From an uncultured Fidelibacterota bacterium (lineage in GTDB: Bacteria; Fidelibacterota; Marinisomatia; Marinisomatales; Marinisomataceae): a stretch of 64,000 bases of DNA. Made by a program: the position numbers and the translations under genes. Below the pieces are notes generated by a model. That model had not been told where the DNA came from. It searched no databases and saw only the letters and a program-made list of their open reading frames with translations. The stretch lies in NCBI GenBank assembly GCA_902538565.1, contig CACBFQ010000002.1, positions 157,908 through 221,907 of the forward strand. Direction: 5' to 3'. Positions 19,610-30,611 of this stretch are shown piece after piece. The stretch's first letter is position 1. Each line of letters starts with the position of its first letter.

Positions 19610-21048
19610 TAAGCACCGATCATATCGAGCACTAATCTAATCACTTGTCCAGAAGCACTATTTTTTTGAATATAGCTTCTGTTTTCTACATGATATGAAG
19701 TTCCTGCAACGTCGAAATGAGCCCATGGAATATCTTTACCAACGAATGCTTTGAGGAATGCTCCTCCAGCAATAGTTCCCGCTTGACCTGGTGATCCTAA
19801 GTTCTTTACATCGGCAACCTCGGATTTGACTTGATCACAATATTCATCCCATAATGGTAGTTGCCATACATGTTCTCCGGTATTATCAGAAGAAACTTTA
19901 ATGTTTTCTACTAGTGTTTCATTGTTGCTCATTATTCCTGTGGCTATATGACCAAGAGTAATTACCACAGCGCCTGTCAATGTTGCAAAATCTAGCATAT
20001 ACTCTGGGTCGTAATGCTTACTTGCATATGCCAAAGCATCAGCAAGAATTAATCTACCTTCTGCATCAGTATTTAAAACTTCAATAGTTTTTCCATTGTA
20101 TGCAGTTAGAATATCTCCAGGTTTATAGGCTGAGCCACCTAACATATTATGCGTTGAAGGAACAATAGCTACAACGTTCATCTTAGGTTTTAATTCAGCT
20201 ATAGCATTCATCACTCCAAATACCACCGCTGAACCGCACATATCAAATTTCATTTGGTCCATATTTAAACCAGGTTTAAGTGAAACTCCTCCTGTATCAA
20301 AAGTTAAACCTTTTCCTACAAGCAATACTGGCTTTTCACTTTTCTTTCCTCCAAAATATTCCATAATGATAAACTTTGGAGGTTCATTTGTGCCTTGAGC
20401 TACTCCGGCAAATGATCCCATGCCCATCTTTGTGAATTCTTCTCTATCAAAAACTGTAACTTTCATATTACCTTTCTTGCCAACTTCTTTTGCAAAATTT
20501 GCCAACCTTGTTGGAGTAGTCACATTTCCAGGATGATTGCCGAGATCTCTTGAATCACAAACAGCACTTGCAATAATTGCACCTTTTTTTGCTGCATCTT
20601 GATTACAAGCATCAACCATGGTAATGCTCTTCAAGTGATAATCTCCTCTTTCATCCGTGAAATAATCTAAAAATCTATAACTTGAAAGGATCAAACCTTC
20701 TGCAAATGCCTGACAAAAATATTCACCCTCATCTGTTACAGGGCACTCAACTGCAATATCGCTGTATTTATTCTGTAAAGCATAACCCACAACTTCCCCA
20801 GCTGCTCTTCTGAAATTTTCTGCTGTTTTGTCAGATGAATCACCTAGACCGTAATAAACTATTCTTGAATTATTATCGATTTCAAAAACAAGATCTCCAA
20901 CTTTTCCTGTTTTATTTTGAGATTTGAACAATTCTGCTAAATCTTTATCCATTTTATCTGAAAATGTTGGTACCGCAACCATGCCATAATTTTCATCTAC
21001 TAAATCTTTATGATTTTTTAAAAAGTTTAATTTTTTGATGTGTGCCAT
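19609..21048 (-). CDS. pepA: Leucyl aminopeptidase (M17)
   Basis: VGKGLTFDTGG, DMCGSA and NTDAEGRLILADAL motifs. Confidence 0.95.
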   Translation of the reverse strand: MAHIKKLNFLKNHKDLVDENYGMVAVPTFSDKMDKDLAELFKSQNKTGKVGDLVFEIDNNSRIVYYGLGDSSDKTAENFRRAAGEVVGYALQNKYSDIAVECPVTDEGEYFCQAFAEGLILSSYRFLDYFTDERGDYHLKSITMVDACNQDAAKKGAIIASAVCDSRDLGNHPGNVTTPTRLANFAKEVGKKGNMKVTVFDREEFTKMGMGSFAGVAQGTNEPPKFIIMEYFGGKKSEKPVLLVGKGLTFDTGGVSLKPGLNMDQMKFDMCGSAVVFGVMNAIAELKPKMNVVAIVPSTHNMLGGSAYKPGDILTAYNGKTIEVLNTDAEGRLILADALAYASKHYDPEYMLDFATLTGAVVITLGHIATGIMSNNETLVENIKVSSDNTGEHVWQLPLWDEYCDQVKSEVADVKNLGSPGQAGTIAGGAFLKAFVGKDIPWAHFDVAGTSYHVENRSYIQKNSASGQVIRLVLDMIGA

Positions 21049-21057
21049 TTTTTTCCC

Positions 21058-21450
21058 TTACAAACTTAGATTATGTTTAAAACTTACTAGCTTACCATTC
21101 TCATCTTTTATTACTGCAACAAATGTTATATCAGCTGTACATGCTAGTCTTTTTCCGTGATCTTTACTTTCTGCGAATGCTTTAACTTGAACTTTGACTG
21201 ACGTATTTCCAGCATCGATAATTGTTGATTTACATTTTACCCAATCACCAAGGTAAACTGGTTCTTTAAATTCTACTTTATCCAAAGCCCTAGTCACAGA
21301 GCCCCAAGCGTCGGTTTCTTCTAGAAATTCAGATGCTGCTTTGGCAGCAGCTAAGTCAAGCCATGAAAGCATATATCCACCGAAAAGCGTACCTGCAGTA
21401 TTTATATGAGTAGGTTGTACTAATTCTGAAAATTCTGAAACTTTATTCAC
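21058..21450 (-). CDS. Acyl-CoA thioesterase (hotdog fold, YciA-like)
   Basis: THINTAGTLFGGYMLSWLDLAAA motif, 130 aa, GTG start. Confidence 0.8.
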   Translation of the reverse strand: MNKVSEFSELVQPTHINTAGTLFGGYMLSWLDLAAAKAASEFLEETDAWGSVTRALDKVEFKEPVYLGDWVKCKSTIIDAGNTSVKVQVKAFAESKDHGKRLACTADITFVAVIKDENGKLVSFKHNLSL

Positions 21451-21504
21451 GAGGATAATTTATAAAATATTGTGACTTTTTCAGTACTTTATTTCAAAAA
21501 AAAA

Positions 21505-22782
21505 TTAAAACTGATCTTCTTCTGTTGAGCCGTCCATGGCGCTCGTTGAAGGGTCTCCAACAATACAATTATTCACTGCATCAAAGTAGCCTGTACCAAC
21601 CTCTTGCTGATGTGCAGAAAAAGTATATCCTTTGTTATGATCTGCAAATTCTTTCTCTTGTAATTCTACATAAGCAGTCATGCCAGATTTGACATAGTTT
21701 TTTGTCAAATCAAACATACCATGCCACATTGAGTGAATTCCGGCAAGAGTTATAAATTGGAATTTATAACCCATTGCACCAAGCTCTCTTTGGAACTTAG
21801 CTATTGTAGCATCATCAAGATTCTTTTTCCAATTAAATGATGGAGAACAATTATAAGCTAACATTAATTCAGGATGATCTTTCTTAATTGATTCAGCGAA
21901 TAGTTTTGCTTCTTCAAGATTAGGCTTTCCTGTTTCACACCATAATAAATCAGAGTATGGAGCGTATGAAAGACCTCTTGAAATTGCTTGTTGAATGCCT
22001 GGTTTTACTCTATAAAAACCTTCAGTTGTTCTTTCTCCAGTAACAAACTCAGCATCTCTCTCATCAATGTCAGAAGTAAGTAATTCTGCTGCATTAGCAT
22101 CCGTTCTAGCAACTAATAAGGTTGGAACATTTGAAACATCTGCAGCTAACCTTGCTGCAACAAGCTTATTTATTGCCTCTTGTGTTGGTACAAGGACTTT
22201 ACCACCCATATGACCACATTTTTTTACGCTTGCTAGCTGATCTTCAAAATGTACTCCAGCAGCTCCCGCTTTAATCATAGCTTTCATAAGCTCAAAAGCG
22301 TTTAAAACTCCACCAAAACCAGCTTCTGCATCAGCTACTATTGGTGTAAAAAAGTCAAATTTTGGATTACCATTAGAGCTCATCCATTCAATTTGGTCTG
22401 CTCTTTTAAAAGAACTGTTTATTCTTTTTACTAAAGAAGGAACTGAATCAACTGGATACAAAGATTGATCAGGATACATTGCTTCAGCACTATTATTATC
22501 TGCTGCTACTTGCCATCCAGATACATAAATTGCTTTTGCGCCAGCCTTTACTCCCTGCACTGCCTGTCCTCCAGTTAAAGTTCCTAGACAATGAACATAA
22601 TCTTCTTTATGAAGCATATTCCAAAGCTTTTCAGCTCCAATTCTTGCCAAAGTATATTCAGGCTGAAGAGAACCTCTTAGCTTAACAACTTCTTCAGCTG
22701 AGTAAGGTCTTTTTACATACGCCCATCTTTCATTCATTTCCCAATCATTTTTTAATTCTAATACTTGTTCATTTAAATTCAT
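21505..22782 (-). CDS. aceA: Isocitrate lyase
   Basis: KKCGHMGGK active-site motif; [20 protein letters not shown]-terminus. Confidence 0.95.
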   Translation of the reverse strand: MNLNEQVLELKNDWEMNERWAYVKRPYSAEEVVKLRGSLQPEYTLARIGAEKLWNMLHKEDYVHCLGTLTGGQAVQGVKAGAKAIYVSGWQVAADNNSAEAMYPDQSLYPVDSVPSLVKRINSSFKRADQIEWMSSNGNPKFDFFTPIVADAEAGFGGVLNAFELMKAMIKAGAAGVHFEDQLASVKKCGHMGGKVLVPTQEAINKLVAARLAADVSNVPTLLVARTDANAAELLTSDIDERDAEFVTGERTTEGFYRVKPGIQQAISRGLSYAPYSDLLWCETGKPNLEEAKLFAESIKKDHPELMLAYNCSPSFNWKKNLDDATIAKFQRELGAMGYKFQFITLAGIHSMWHGMFDLTKNYVKSGMTAYVELQEKEFADHNKGYTFSAHQQEVGTGYFDAVNNCIVGDPSTSAMDGSTEEDQF

Positions 22783-24353
22783 TATAACTCCTCGTACGCT
22801 TTAGTGGTTAAAAATTCTTCTACATTATCAGACAAAGTGATTTCTCCAAAAATTGATTTCGCTAAATTGAATTTTCCATTTTCAAACTTTTCGATACCAA
22901 CTTCATTTTTGATATTCAATAATTCTTCATCTAAATATTGCTTAAATAATTGTTTATCAACTATTTTTCCATTATCAAGCCTATTTTTATGCTTAATCCA
23001 TTGCCAGATTGAGGTTCTAGAAATCTCTGCAGTTGCAGCATCTTCCATTAAACCATAAATAGCTACGCAACCCAAACCATTAATCCAAGCTTCAATATAT
23101 TTAAGTGAAATTCTTATGTTTGATCTAAGACATTCTTCTGAACTAACTCCATTACATCCTTGCAATAATTGTTCAGCAGTAATTTTTTTATCTGAAATAA
23201 AATCTAATTGGTTAGTTTGAAAAGTATCAAATTTATCTTTGAAAATTTCGTTTACATAATCAGCTAACCCAGGGTGGGCAATCCATGTTCCATCGTGCCC
23301 ATTATTTATTTCAAATAATTTGTCTTCATTAACCTTCTGTAAAATCTTTCTATTCTCATCATGATCTTTTGACGGAACAAAAGCTGCCATTCCCCCCATA
23401 GCAAAAGCACCTCTTTTGTGACAAGTATTTACGAGTAATGTAGAATAGCTGGTTAAAAATGGTTGATTCATTGTAATAATACTTCTGTCAGGTAATAATT
23501 TTTCAGGATAAGATTGTAATGTCTTGATAAAACTGAAGATATAATCCCACCTTCCACAATTCAAACCAATTATATGGTCTTTAAGGTGATATAATATTTC
23601 TTCCATTTGAAAAACTGCTGGTAAAGTTTCAATAAGACATGTCACTCTGACTGTTCCCCTATTTAATTTCAGCTCGTCCTCACAAAATGAGATGATATTA
23701 TTCCACAATTTAGCCTCATGATAGGACTGTAATTTTGGAATATAAAAATATGGACCTGATCCAAATGCTTCTAAAGCTTTATGATTGTGATATAAGTACA
23801 TTACAAAATCAACTAAAGCCCCATATAATGGTACTCCATTGCATGAAATATGCTTTTCTTTAAGATGTAATCCTCTGACTCTACACATAAGAATTGCAGG
23901 ATTTGAACGTAAATTATATTTTTTTAAAGTTACCCTGTGCTGAAAAGAAATTGTCCTGTGAGCAGCATCTCGCATGTTAATTAATCCGTTTTGGATGTTT
24001 TCCCAAGAAGGAGAAAGGGAATCTTCAAAATCTGCCATGAAAACATTAACATTAGAATTAAGAGCATTGATAATCATTTTGCGATCAACAGGTCCAGTAA
24101 TTTCTACTCTTCTATCTTTAAGATTGTTTGGAATTGGCCTCACAGACCATTCAGAGTTTCTAATATCTTCTGTTTTTGGATCAAAACTTGGTAAAATACC
24201 ACCGTCAACGGTATTTTGATATTCAACTCTATCATCAATAAGATTATCAATCCTATCGTTGAATTTGAGATGAACTTTTTCTAAAAAATTTAATGCATCT
24301 TCAGTAAAAATTTCAGAACCTGAACTAGAAATTTCTTTCGAAAAGTTTAAAAT
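22782..24353 (-). CDS. aceB: Malate synthase A (5' end inferred; non-ATG/GTG/TTG start)
   Basis: [38 protein letters not shown] and [12 protein letters not shown] motifs. My translation shows the conserved N-terminal region ([15 protein letters not shown]...ILPSF...IRNSEW) continuing in frame upstream of the track's GTG at 24143, up to a TAA at 24404-24402. Confidence 0.85.
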   Translation of the reverse strand: MLNFSKEISSSGSEIFTEDALNFLEKVHLKFNDRIDNLIDDRVEYQNTVDGGILPSFDPKTEDIRNSEWSVRPIPNNLKDRRVEITGPVDRKMIINALNSNVNVFMADFEDSLSPSWENIQNGLINMRDAAHRTISFQHRVTLKKYNLRSNPAILMCRVRGLHLKEKHISCNGVPLYGALVDFVMYLYHNHKALEAFGSGPYFYIPKLQSYHEAKLWNNIISFCEDELKLNRGTVRVTCLIETLPAVFQMEEILYHLKDHIIGLNCGRWDYIFSFIKTLQSYPEKLLPDRSIITMNQPFLTSYSTLLVNTCHKRGAFAMGGMAAFVPSKDHDENRKILQKVNEDKLFEINNGHDGTWIAHPGLADYVNEIFKDKFDTFQTNQLDFISDKKITAEQLLQGCNGVSSEECLRSNIRISLKYIEAWINGLGCVAIYGLMEDAATAEISRTSIWQWIKHKNRLDNGKIVDKQLFKQYLDEELLNIKNEVGIEKFENGKFNLAKSIFGEITLSDNVEEFLTTKAYEEL

Positions 24354-24415
24354 GATTTTCTCCCTTAAAATGAAATTAAACCTAGTGAAATTTAGAAAAA
24401 ATTACAATTTTTAAA

Positions 24416-25702
24416 TCAAAGATTTTTAGCTATTGCTTCGCCTTCTTTTATATCTACTTTAGAAAATACATAAGCACCTAGAATAAATAATATCATTATT
24501 GATAATAATCCAAATCTAGCGGCTTTGACTTCATCTTCAACTACATTACTTAACACTAAAGTAACTGAACCCATAAGAACTGGGCCAAATACTGCAGCAA
24601 ATTTTCCTAACATATTGTAGAAGCCATAAAACTCAGCAGATTTTTTCTCAGGGATAATTCTTGAATACAAACTTCTACTAATTGTTTGAATTCCTCCTTG
24701 AAAACAACCAATCAATAATGCCACAATATAAAAGTGAGCAATACTTTCAACAAAATATCCAGCTAATAGAATAATACAATAACCAAAAATTCCTAAATAG
24801 ATACCATTCTTTAAGCCTATGTAATTTGCGATTTTGATATAAATTAAAGTGGCAAAAAAAGCTACAAGTTGAATCATTACCAGCGCACCCATAATAGAAG
24901 CTTGATCAAACCCTAAGGTAAAAGCAAAATTTGCTGCCATTCGTACTACAGTATCAACTCCGTCAATATATAACCAATAAGCTAAAAGGAATGTAGCAAC
25001 TACTTTAAGTTTTTTTAAATCATTGAATGTATTTCTGAATTGTATCAAACCATTTATTATTGAATCTGATACACTTTCGCTCTCATGGTATTTTGGTTCA
25101 TCAACAAAAAGAATTAAAGGAAGTGAAAAAAGTGCCCACCATACTCCAACAGAAATAAATGCATATTTTGTTGCTTCAACTGCATCAACTAAACCGAAAG
25201 AAGCAGGATAAGATATCATTAAAAAATTAATAATAATTAAAACACCACCTCCAAGATATCCTAATGAAAAACCTAAAGCAGAAACATCATCTACATTTTC
25301 TTCATTTGAAACAGATGGAAGTAGCGAGTCGTAAAAAATATTTGCCCCTGAAAATCCAATTGTAGAAAAGATGTAGACCATTAAAGCGATTGGCCACATT
25401 CCTTGAGCAATAAATCCCAGACCTAAAGTCATTACAATACCTAAAAAAGCAAAGAAAATTAGAAATTTTTTCTTAAAACTACCTCTATCAGCAATTGCAC
25501 CTAAAATTGGTGCAAGCAAAGCAACTATTAAAGAAGCAACTGAATTACCTAACCCTAAATAAAATGTACTGACAGATAAGTTGTCTGGATTTGACCAGTA
25601 TTGTGAAAAGAAAATTGGAAAGAAACCAGCCATAACAGTGGTTGCAAAAGCTGAATTTGCCCAATCGTAAAGAGCCCAACTATAAATTTGTTTTTTATTC
25701 AT
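24416..25702 (-). CDS. MFS transporter, UMF1/Atg22-like family
   Basis: YSWALYDWANSAFATTVMAGFFPIFF N-terminal signature and 12 TM segments. Confidence 0.8.
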   Translation of the reverse strand: MNKKQIYSWALYDWANSAFATTVMAGFFPIFFSQYWSNPDNLSVSTFYLGLGNSVASLIVALLAPILGAIADRGSFKKKFLIFFAFLGIVMTLGLGFIAQGMWPIALMVYIFSTIGFSGANIFYDSLLPSVSNEENVDDVSALGFSLGYLGGGVLIIINFLMISYPASFGLVDAVEATKYAFISVGVWWALFSLPLILFVDEPKYHESESVSDSIINGLIQFRNTFNDLKKLKVVATFLLAYWLYIDGVDTVVRMAANFAFTLGFDQASIMGALVMIQLVAFFATLIYIKIANYIGLKNGIYLGIFGYCIILLAGYFVESIAHFYIVALLIGCFQGGIQTISRSLYSRIIPEKKSAEFYGFYNMLGKFAAVFGPVLMGSVTLVLSNVVEDEVKAARFGLLSIMILFILGAYVFSKVDIKEGEAIAKNL

Positions 25703-27018
25703 TAGCCTTTTCTTAATGAAAACTTAATGGTTATACCTTTTAAATCAAATGATTCCCTAAGCTGATTATGTAGATATCTCAAGTATTGAATAGATATCAG
25801 TTTGGGGTAATTGCTAAATAGTGCAAAAATTGGAGGAGATTGTTGTACTTGTTCAACAAATTTTATTTTAATTGATTTTCCTTGCGTAGCTGGAGGAGGA
25901 TAATTTCTTATAGCTTTTTCAATCCAAACATTTAATTCCTTTGTTGATAACTTATCTCTCTGTTTTGTAAAAATTTCCCACGCAATTTCTAAAATATTTG
26001 AAACTCTTCTTTTAGTTAGCGCAGAAACAAAAAGTATAGGATAATGCTGGAGATCTTTGAACTCCATATACATGTCTTCTTTATACAATTCAGCAGAAAC
26101 ATTTGTTCCGGAAGCTAAATCCCATTTATTAACAAGAATAACCATTCTCTTACCTTTTTTAATAACCTCTTTGGCAATAGTTTTTTCTTGTTTAGTAAAT
26201 CCTTTTTCGGCGTCAACTACTAGCAGAACAAGATCAGATCTTAAAAGTGAATCCATAGCTCTCAAGGAACTATAAAATTCAATATCTGAATCAACTTTAC
26301 TTTTCTTCCTAAGACCAGCTGTATCAACAATTTTAATATCCTTTCCATGCCATTTAATGATTGTATCAACTGAATCTCTGGTAGTTCCTGCTATATCAGA
26401 CACAATTGCCTGTTCTCTCTGAATTAAAGCATTTAATAATGAAGATTTACCAACATTCGGCATTCCTACTATAGTGATAGAACAATCAGTATTATCCTCA
26501 GATTGTGAGATAGAATTAAAATCAATTGATTCAAACAAATTATCAAGCATATCTCCAACCCCAGCACCATTCAAGGCTGATATTGGGATTGGATTTTCAA
26601 AACCAATATCAAAAAATTGATCTTTTCTTAAATTATGTTCTGGAGTATCACACTTATTGACTCCCATTACAAATTTTTTTCCAGATTTTCTGACAAGCTT
26701 AGATAAAAATTGATCGTTAGGATTTAGCCCATCTTTTCCATCGACAAGAAAAATAATTCCATCACATTCATTTAATGCAGCTGAAATTTGTTCTTTAATT
26801 TTTTCATTAAATACATCTTCATTTGAGCTTACATATCCTCCAGTATCAATAATATTAAACTCTTGTGATAACCATTCTGCAGAAGAATAAACCCGATCTC
26901 GAGTTACGCCTTCCATTTGGTCAACAATAGACGTTCTTTTACCTGAAAGCTTATTAAAAAGCGTTGATTTACCAACATTAGGTCTTCCCACAATTGCAAT
27001 TTTTGGTTTTTTTGCCAT
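25702..27018 (-). CDS. der: Ribosome-biogenesis GTPase Der (EngA)
   Basis: Two tandem GTPase domains (GRPNVGKST and GMPNVGKSS, each with DTGG/DTAG and NKxD) plus a KH-like C-terminus. Confidence 0.95.
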   Translation of the reverse strand: MAKKPKIAIVGRPNVGKSTLFNKLSGKRTSIVDQMEGVTRDRVYSSAEWLSQEFNIIDTGGYVSSNEDVFNEKIKEQISAALNECDGIIFLVDGKDGLNPNDQFLSKLVRKSGKKFVMGVNKCDTPEHNLRKDQFFDIGFENPIPISALNGAGVGDMLDNLFESIDFNSISQSEDNTDCSITIVGMPNVGKSSLLNALIQREQAIVSDIAGTTRDSVDTIIKWHGKDIKIVDTAGLRKKSKVDSDIEFYSSLRAMDSLLRSDLVLLVVDAEKGFTKQEKTIAKEVIKKGKRMVILVNKWDLASGTNVSAELYKEDMYMEFKDLQHYPILFVSALTKRRVSNILEIAWEIFTKQRDKLSTKELNVWIEKAIRNYPPPATQGKSIKIKFVEQVQQSPPIFALFSNYPKLISIQYLRYLHNQLRESFDLKGITIKFSLRKG

Positions 27019-27060
27019 TTGAAAAGATTATACGACTTCGAAAACTGTTCTGCTATAAAA

Positions 27061-27495
27061 TTATTTTACTAAAAATATGAACAATTCTGTCCAGAGAATA
27101 AATGTAACAATCAATGAATATTGGAAAGGAACTCTTCTTTTTGAAATTTTTGGATTAGACATTCTAACAAAGTAATGCCAAAGTCTAAAAGCAACATAGA
27201 GCCACGCTAAAACAAGGTTTAACATTCTAACATGATCAACAGTATAAGCAAATAAACAGTACACTAGAAAAGGCAAAGGAGCTTCAAAAAGATTTTTGTA
27301 TAGCTCTCTTGAAGCTTGAATATTTAAAGGAATTTCTTGCCATCCTGGCATATACTTTAACCATCGTGAGTCAAGTTCTTTACTAATGATAGACTTTCTA
27401 AGTTGAAACGCATTAACAACAGTATGAATGTGCATAATCAAGATTATGGGAAAAATTGGAAATAAAATAAGAATTGGATTCAAACTATTGACCAA
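27061..27495 (-). CDS. Small four-TM membrane protein, possibly MAPEG family
   Basis: Size and topology fit, and there is an RxxxN-like region (HTVVNAFQLRK). The assignment is weak. Confidence 0.4.
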   Translation of the reverse strand: MVNSLNPILILFPIFPIILIMHIHTVVNAFQLRKSIISKELDSRWLKYMPGWQEIPLNIQASRELYKNLFEAPLPFLVYCLFAYTVDHVRMLNLVLAWLYVAFRLWHYFVRMSNPKISKRRVPFQYSLIVTFILWTELFIFLVK

Positions 27496-28477
27496 GATAA
27501 ACTCTTAAAGGCTCACTTCTTGTCTTATGAGCTAATCTTCGAATAGCTTTTTCTTTTATCTGCCTTACGCGCTCTCTAGTTAAACTAAATTGTTCTCCAA
27601 TTTCATTTAAAGTAAAAGATCTATCTCGATTAATTCCAAAATACATTTCAATTACAGAACGCTCTCTTTCTGTTAAAGTACTAAGCGCAGAAGCAATTTC
27701 TTCTTTCATAGAAGTATCCATTACATTATTGTCAGGATCTTTTTCTTGTTCATCTTCAATGACATTTATTAAAGAACTATCCTCTCCTTCTGCAAAAGGA
27801 GCATCAAGAGAACTATGTCTTCTTGAATATTGAAGTGCATTGAACACTTCTTCAGTTTTTACGTCAAGCTGATGACTAATTTCTTCAACTTTTGGAGGAC
27901 GACCCATTTCAGCTTCAAGCTTTTCAGCAGCTTTAGTAATCTTAGTAATTGTACCAACTCTGTTTAATGGCAACCTAATAAGCCTACCTTGTTCTGCTAA
28001 TGCTTGAAGAATTGCCTGCCTAATCCACCAAACAGCATAAGAGATAAATTTAAAACCTCTAGAAGGGTCAAATCTTTTAGCAGCTTTGATCAGTCCAAGA
28101 TTTCCTTCATTAATAATATCTGACAATGACAAGCCATTCCCTTGATATTTTTTAGCAACTGATACAACAAATCTTAAGTTTGCTTCAACCAATTCTTTCA
28201 TTGCTTTTTTATCACCCTTAGCAATTAACACTGCTAGTTCAACTTCTCTATCTGGAGACAATGGTTCATATTGTGAAATTTCAGACAAATACATACTGAT
28301 TGTTCCACTAGATACCTTGGATCTTTTAATTCTTTCATCTGCTCTACCTAGAGCATTTTTTCTTTTTTCCTCCGCATCTAACTCTTTCTGCACTTCAACA
28401 GCATGTGCGTCAGGACCCATATTTTCTAAATTCTGAAGTTCTTTTGATAGTTTTTTTGAGATTTTTTTAGCAGTCAA
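27485..28477 (-). CDS. rpoD: RNA polymerase sigma-70 family primary-like sigma factor
   Basis: Region 2 (EANLRFVVSVAKKY...LIKAAKRFD...FISYAVWWIRQAI), region 3, and region 4 (LTRERVRQIKEKAIRRL). Short N-terminus. TTG start with AGGA 8 nt upstream. Confidence 0.9.
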   Translation of the reverse strand: MTAKKISKKLSKELQNLENMGPDAHAVEVQKELDAEEKRKNALGRADERIKRSKVSSGTISMYLSEISQYEPLSPDREVELAVLIAKGDKKAMKELVEANLRFVVSVAKKYQGNGLSLSDIINEGNLGLIKAAKRFDPSRGFKFISYAVWWIRQAILQALAEQGRLIRLPLNRVGTITKITKAAEKLEAEMGRPPKVEEISHQLDVKTEEVFNALQYSRRHSSLDAPFAEGEDSSLINVIEDEQEKDPDNNVMDTSMKEEIASALSTLTERERSVIEMYFGINRDRSFTLNEIGEQFSLTRERVRQIKEKAIRRLAHKTRSEPLRVYLGQ

Positions 28478-28555
28478 TTGAGTAATCCTGTTGATAAAAT
28501 ATTAAAGTATCTCACAGCCCAAAATTTACCAAATTTTAAAAATTTTCCAAGGTAT

Positions 28556-29458
28556 TTATTCAGACAAATTTAATATGGCTTCTTGCAAAGAAGAATATTT
28601 AAACTGATAATTACTTTCTAAAGTTCTAGCAGGCTTAGTTTTTGGACCATAAAGAAACATTTCACTCATATTTCCAAAAATAAATTTTATAAAGAATTTG
28701 GGTAGGAAAATTACCCATGAAATAATACTTTTTTTATGCTTTAAAATTGATTTAAAAAATGTATCATGTGTTGTAAGTTCTGATCCAACTAAATTAAAGG
28801 CTCCAATTAAATTATTATCTAAGGAATGATTAATAAATCCTACAATATCATCAGCATGTACCCAAGGAAAATAATGATTTTTATTACCTGGAACAGGTAA
28901 AGAGAGCAACAAATTTAATGATAACAAATTAATGATTTTCTTTTGAAGAACAACTCCAATTCTTAACTGAATAATATCAATATCTTCAAAAACTTTAAAT
29001 ATATCTGAATTTCTTTCATTTTCAACACATACCTTTGCTAAAAAGGTATTACCTAATTCGGAATTTTCATCAACAGAAAAATTATAATTAGCACTTTCTT
29101 TAGCATAAATCCCAACAGCAGAAGCATTAATAAATTTTTGAGGGATTATTTCATTTTTTACGCAAAAATCAAACAGCATTCTAGTTGAATCGATTCTACT
29201 ATTTAAAATTTTACTTTTAACTGATTTGGTCCATAATTGGTCAACTTTTTCTCCATTAAGCTTAATTAAAATATTTGTATCACTTAATTGAGTAGGATTG
29301 ATAGTTGACCAATCAATCACATTAACATTATTTGAGAATGTATTTTTATGTTTTTGAAGATTTCTTGTTAAAACACAAACACTATGACCTTTATCAGCTA
29401 ATGAAGAGACAATCTTTTTACCAAGAAAACCCGTACCGCCCGCAATAATTATTTTCAT
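28556..29458 (-). CDS. TIGR01777/YfcH-type NAD-dependent epimerase-like protein (SDR with DUF1731 C-terminus)
   Basis: MKIIIAGGTGFLGKKI Rossmann motif; C-terminal KPARTLESNYQFKYSSLQEAI resembles DUF1731. Confidence 0.75.
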   Translation of the reverse strand: MKIIIAGGTGFLGKKIVSSLADKGHSVCVLTRNLQKHKNTFSNNVNVIDWSTINPTQLSDTNILIKLNGEKVDQLWTKSVKSKILNSRIDSTRMLFDFCVKNEIIPQKFINASAVGIYAKESANYNFSVDENSELGNTFLAKVCVENERNSDIFKVFEDIDIIQLRIGVVLQKKIINLLSLNLLLSLPVPGNKNHYFPWVHADDIVGFINHSLDNNLIGAFNLVGSELTTHDTFFKSILKHKKSIISWVIFLPKFFIKFIFGNMSEMFLYGPKTKPARTLESNYQFKYSSLQEAILNLSE

Positions 29459-30204
29459 TTTTTATTGAGTGATGACATAACAGATTTTACTTTAGCTTGT
29501 GTTGATGGACTAAACCAGTTATCAATTAAGATCTGATAGTCAAAATCTATTTCACGCATTAACGATTGTTTTAACCTAACAAAAGGTTCCCCAGCACTAA
29601 TATAAAATTCTGCTAATTTTTTTGCTTTAATTAATGCCTGAGATTTGGCCTTCTTTTTTCCAGAAAATCTGTTTCCAACCATCTCATTTATTAACCCTTT
29701 ATTTAAAGCTTCTTTAGGTGTGTACATTTTACACTGAGTTGCAACTTCGAAGAGATTATCTCTACTGATAGAGTGAGATATAATTGAAAGCATATCTGGA
29801 GGGAGATCTATTCCAATTGCCATTTCATTTAAACCCATTCTATGCATACCGTGCATTCCATACCTATAATCTGATGCAAGAGCTAGCAAACATCCCCCAG
29901 CAATAGCATGACCACCTACGATACTAATAACTGGCCCTGGAAAATCCCTGCAAGCCCTTAAAAGTTCTCCAAGAGTATTGAAAATTAAAGCAACCTCATT
30001 AGGTTCTTTAGCATTTGATAAATCTTTAAGATTTAGCCCTGCACTAAAAACTTTTTCATTCCCTAAAATAATTACTGCTTTACAGTCACTATAATTAAGC
30101 TCTTTTATGAGCTTCTTAGCTCTTTCAACGCTTAGGAGATTTGGACCTTTTTCTCCCATTTCTATAATTTTAATATCATTTTCAACAGATATATTCATTT
30201 TCAT
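29455..30204 (-). CDS. Enoyl-CoA hydratase/isomerase (crotonase) family protein
   Basis: FSAGLNLKD and GHAIAGGCLLALASDYR oxyanion-hole regions. Confidence 0.8.
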   Translation of the reverse strand: MKMNISVENDIKIIEMGEKGPNLLSVERAKKLIKELNYSDCKAVIILGNEKVFSAGLNLKDLSNAKEPNEVALIFNTLGELLRACRDFPGPVISIVGGHAIAGGCLLALASDYRYGMHGMHRMGLNEMAIGIDLPPDMLSIISHSISRDNLFEVATQCKMYTPKEALNKGLINEMVGNRFSGKKKAKSQALIKAKKLAEFYISAGEPFVRLKQSLMREIDFDYQILIDNWFSPSTQAKVKSVMSSLNKK

Positions 30205-30611
30205 TCCCCCTGAAACTCTTTTTTAATTTCATCAAATACTTGTACACTTTTTTGGTTTGAAAAGTCAAAGCAAACCATTGTCATATTACATGATATGGCA
30301 CATTCTTCATCATTTTCCATAAATAGACCATACTCATAATCAAAACTTTTACCACCAATTCGAGAAATTTTCAACCCAACAGTTAAATTTTTTGGGTGTT
30401 TAATTTGCTTTAAAAAGTTAAAAGTCATTGATGCGACAATGAATGGAAATTTATCAGTATCATATGGAAAAAGACCAATATCGTGAGCGTGCCTAACTCT
30501 TGCATCTTCGAAATATGCAACGGCTGTACCATGATTAATATGACCCAGCATATCCTCATCATACCATCTGGTTTCCATGTCGTAAAATCTAGAAAATTGC
30601 TCTTTTTTCAT
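30201..30611 (-). CDS. 4HBT/YbgC-type acyl-CoA thioesterase
   Basis: Hotdog-fold pattern: RWYDEDMLGHINHGTAVAYFEDARV. Confidence 0.75.
   Translation of the reverse strand: MKKEQFSRFYDMETRWYDEDMLGHINHGTAVAYFEDARVRHAHDIGLFPYDTDKFPFIVASMTFNFLKQIKHPKNLTVGLKISRIGGKSFDYEYGLFMENDEECAISCNMTMVCFDFSNQKSVQVFDEIKKEFQGE

Noticed and set aside
24144-24415. Possible riboswitch upstream of malate synthase, such as the glycine riboswitch known upstream of the SAR11 malate synthase.
   Set aside because: Hand translation shows that nearly all of this space encodes the conserved N-terminus of malate synthase A. Only about 60 nt remain non-coding, which is too short for a glycine riboswitch.
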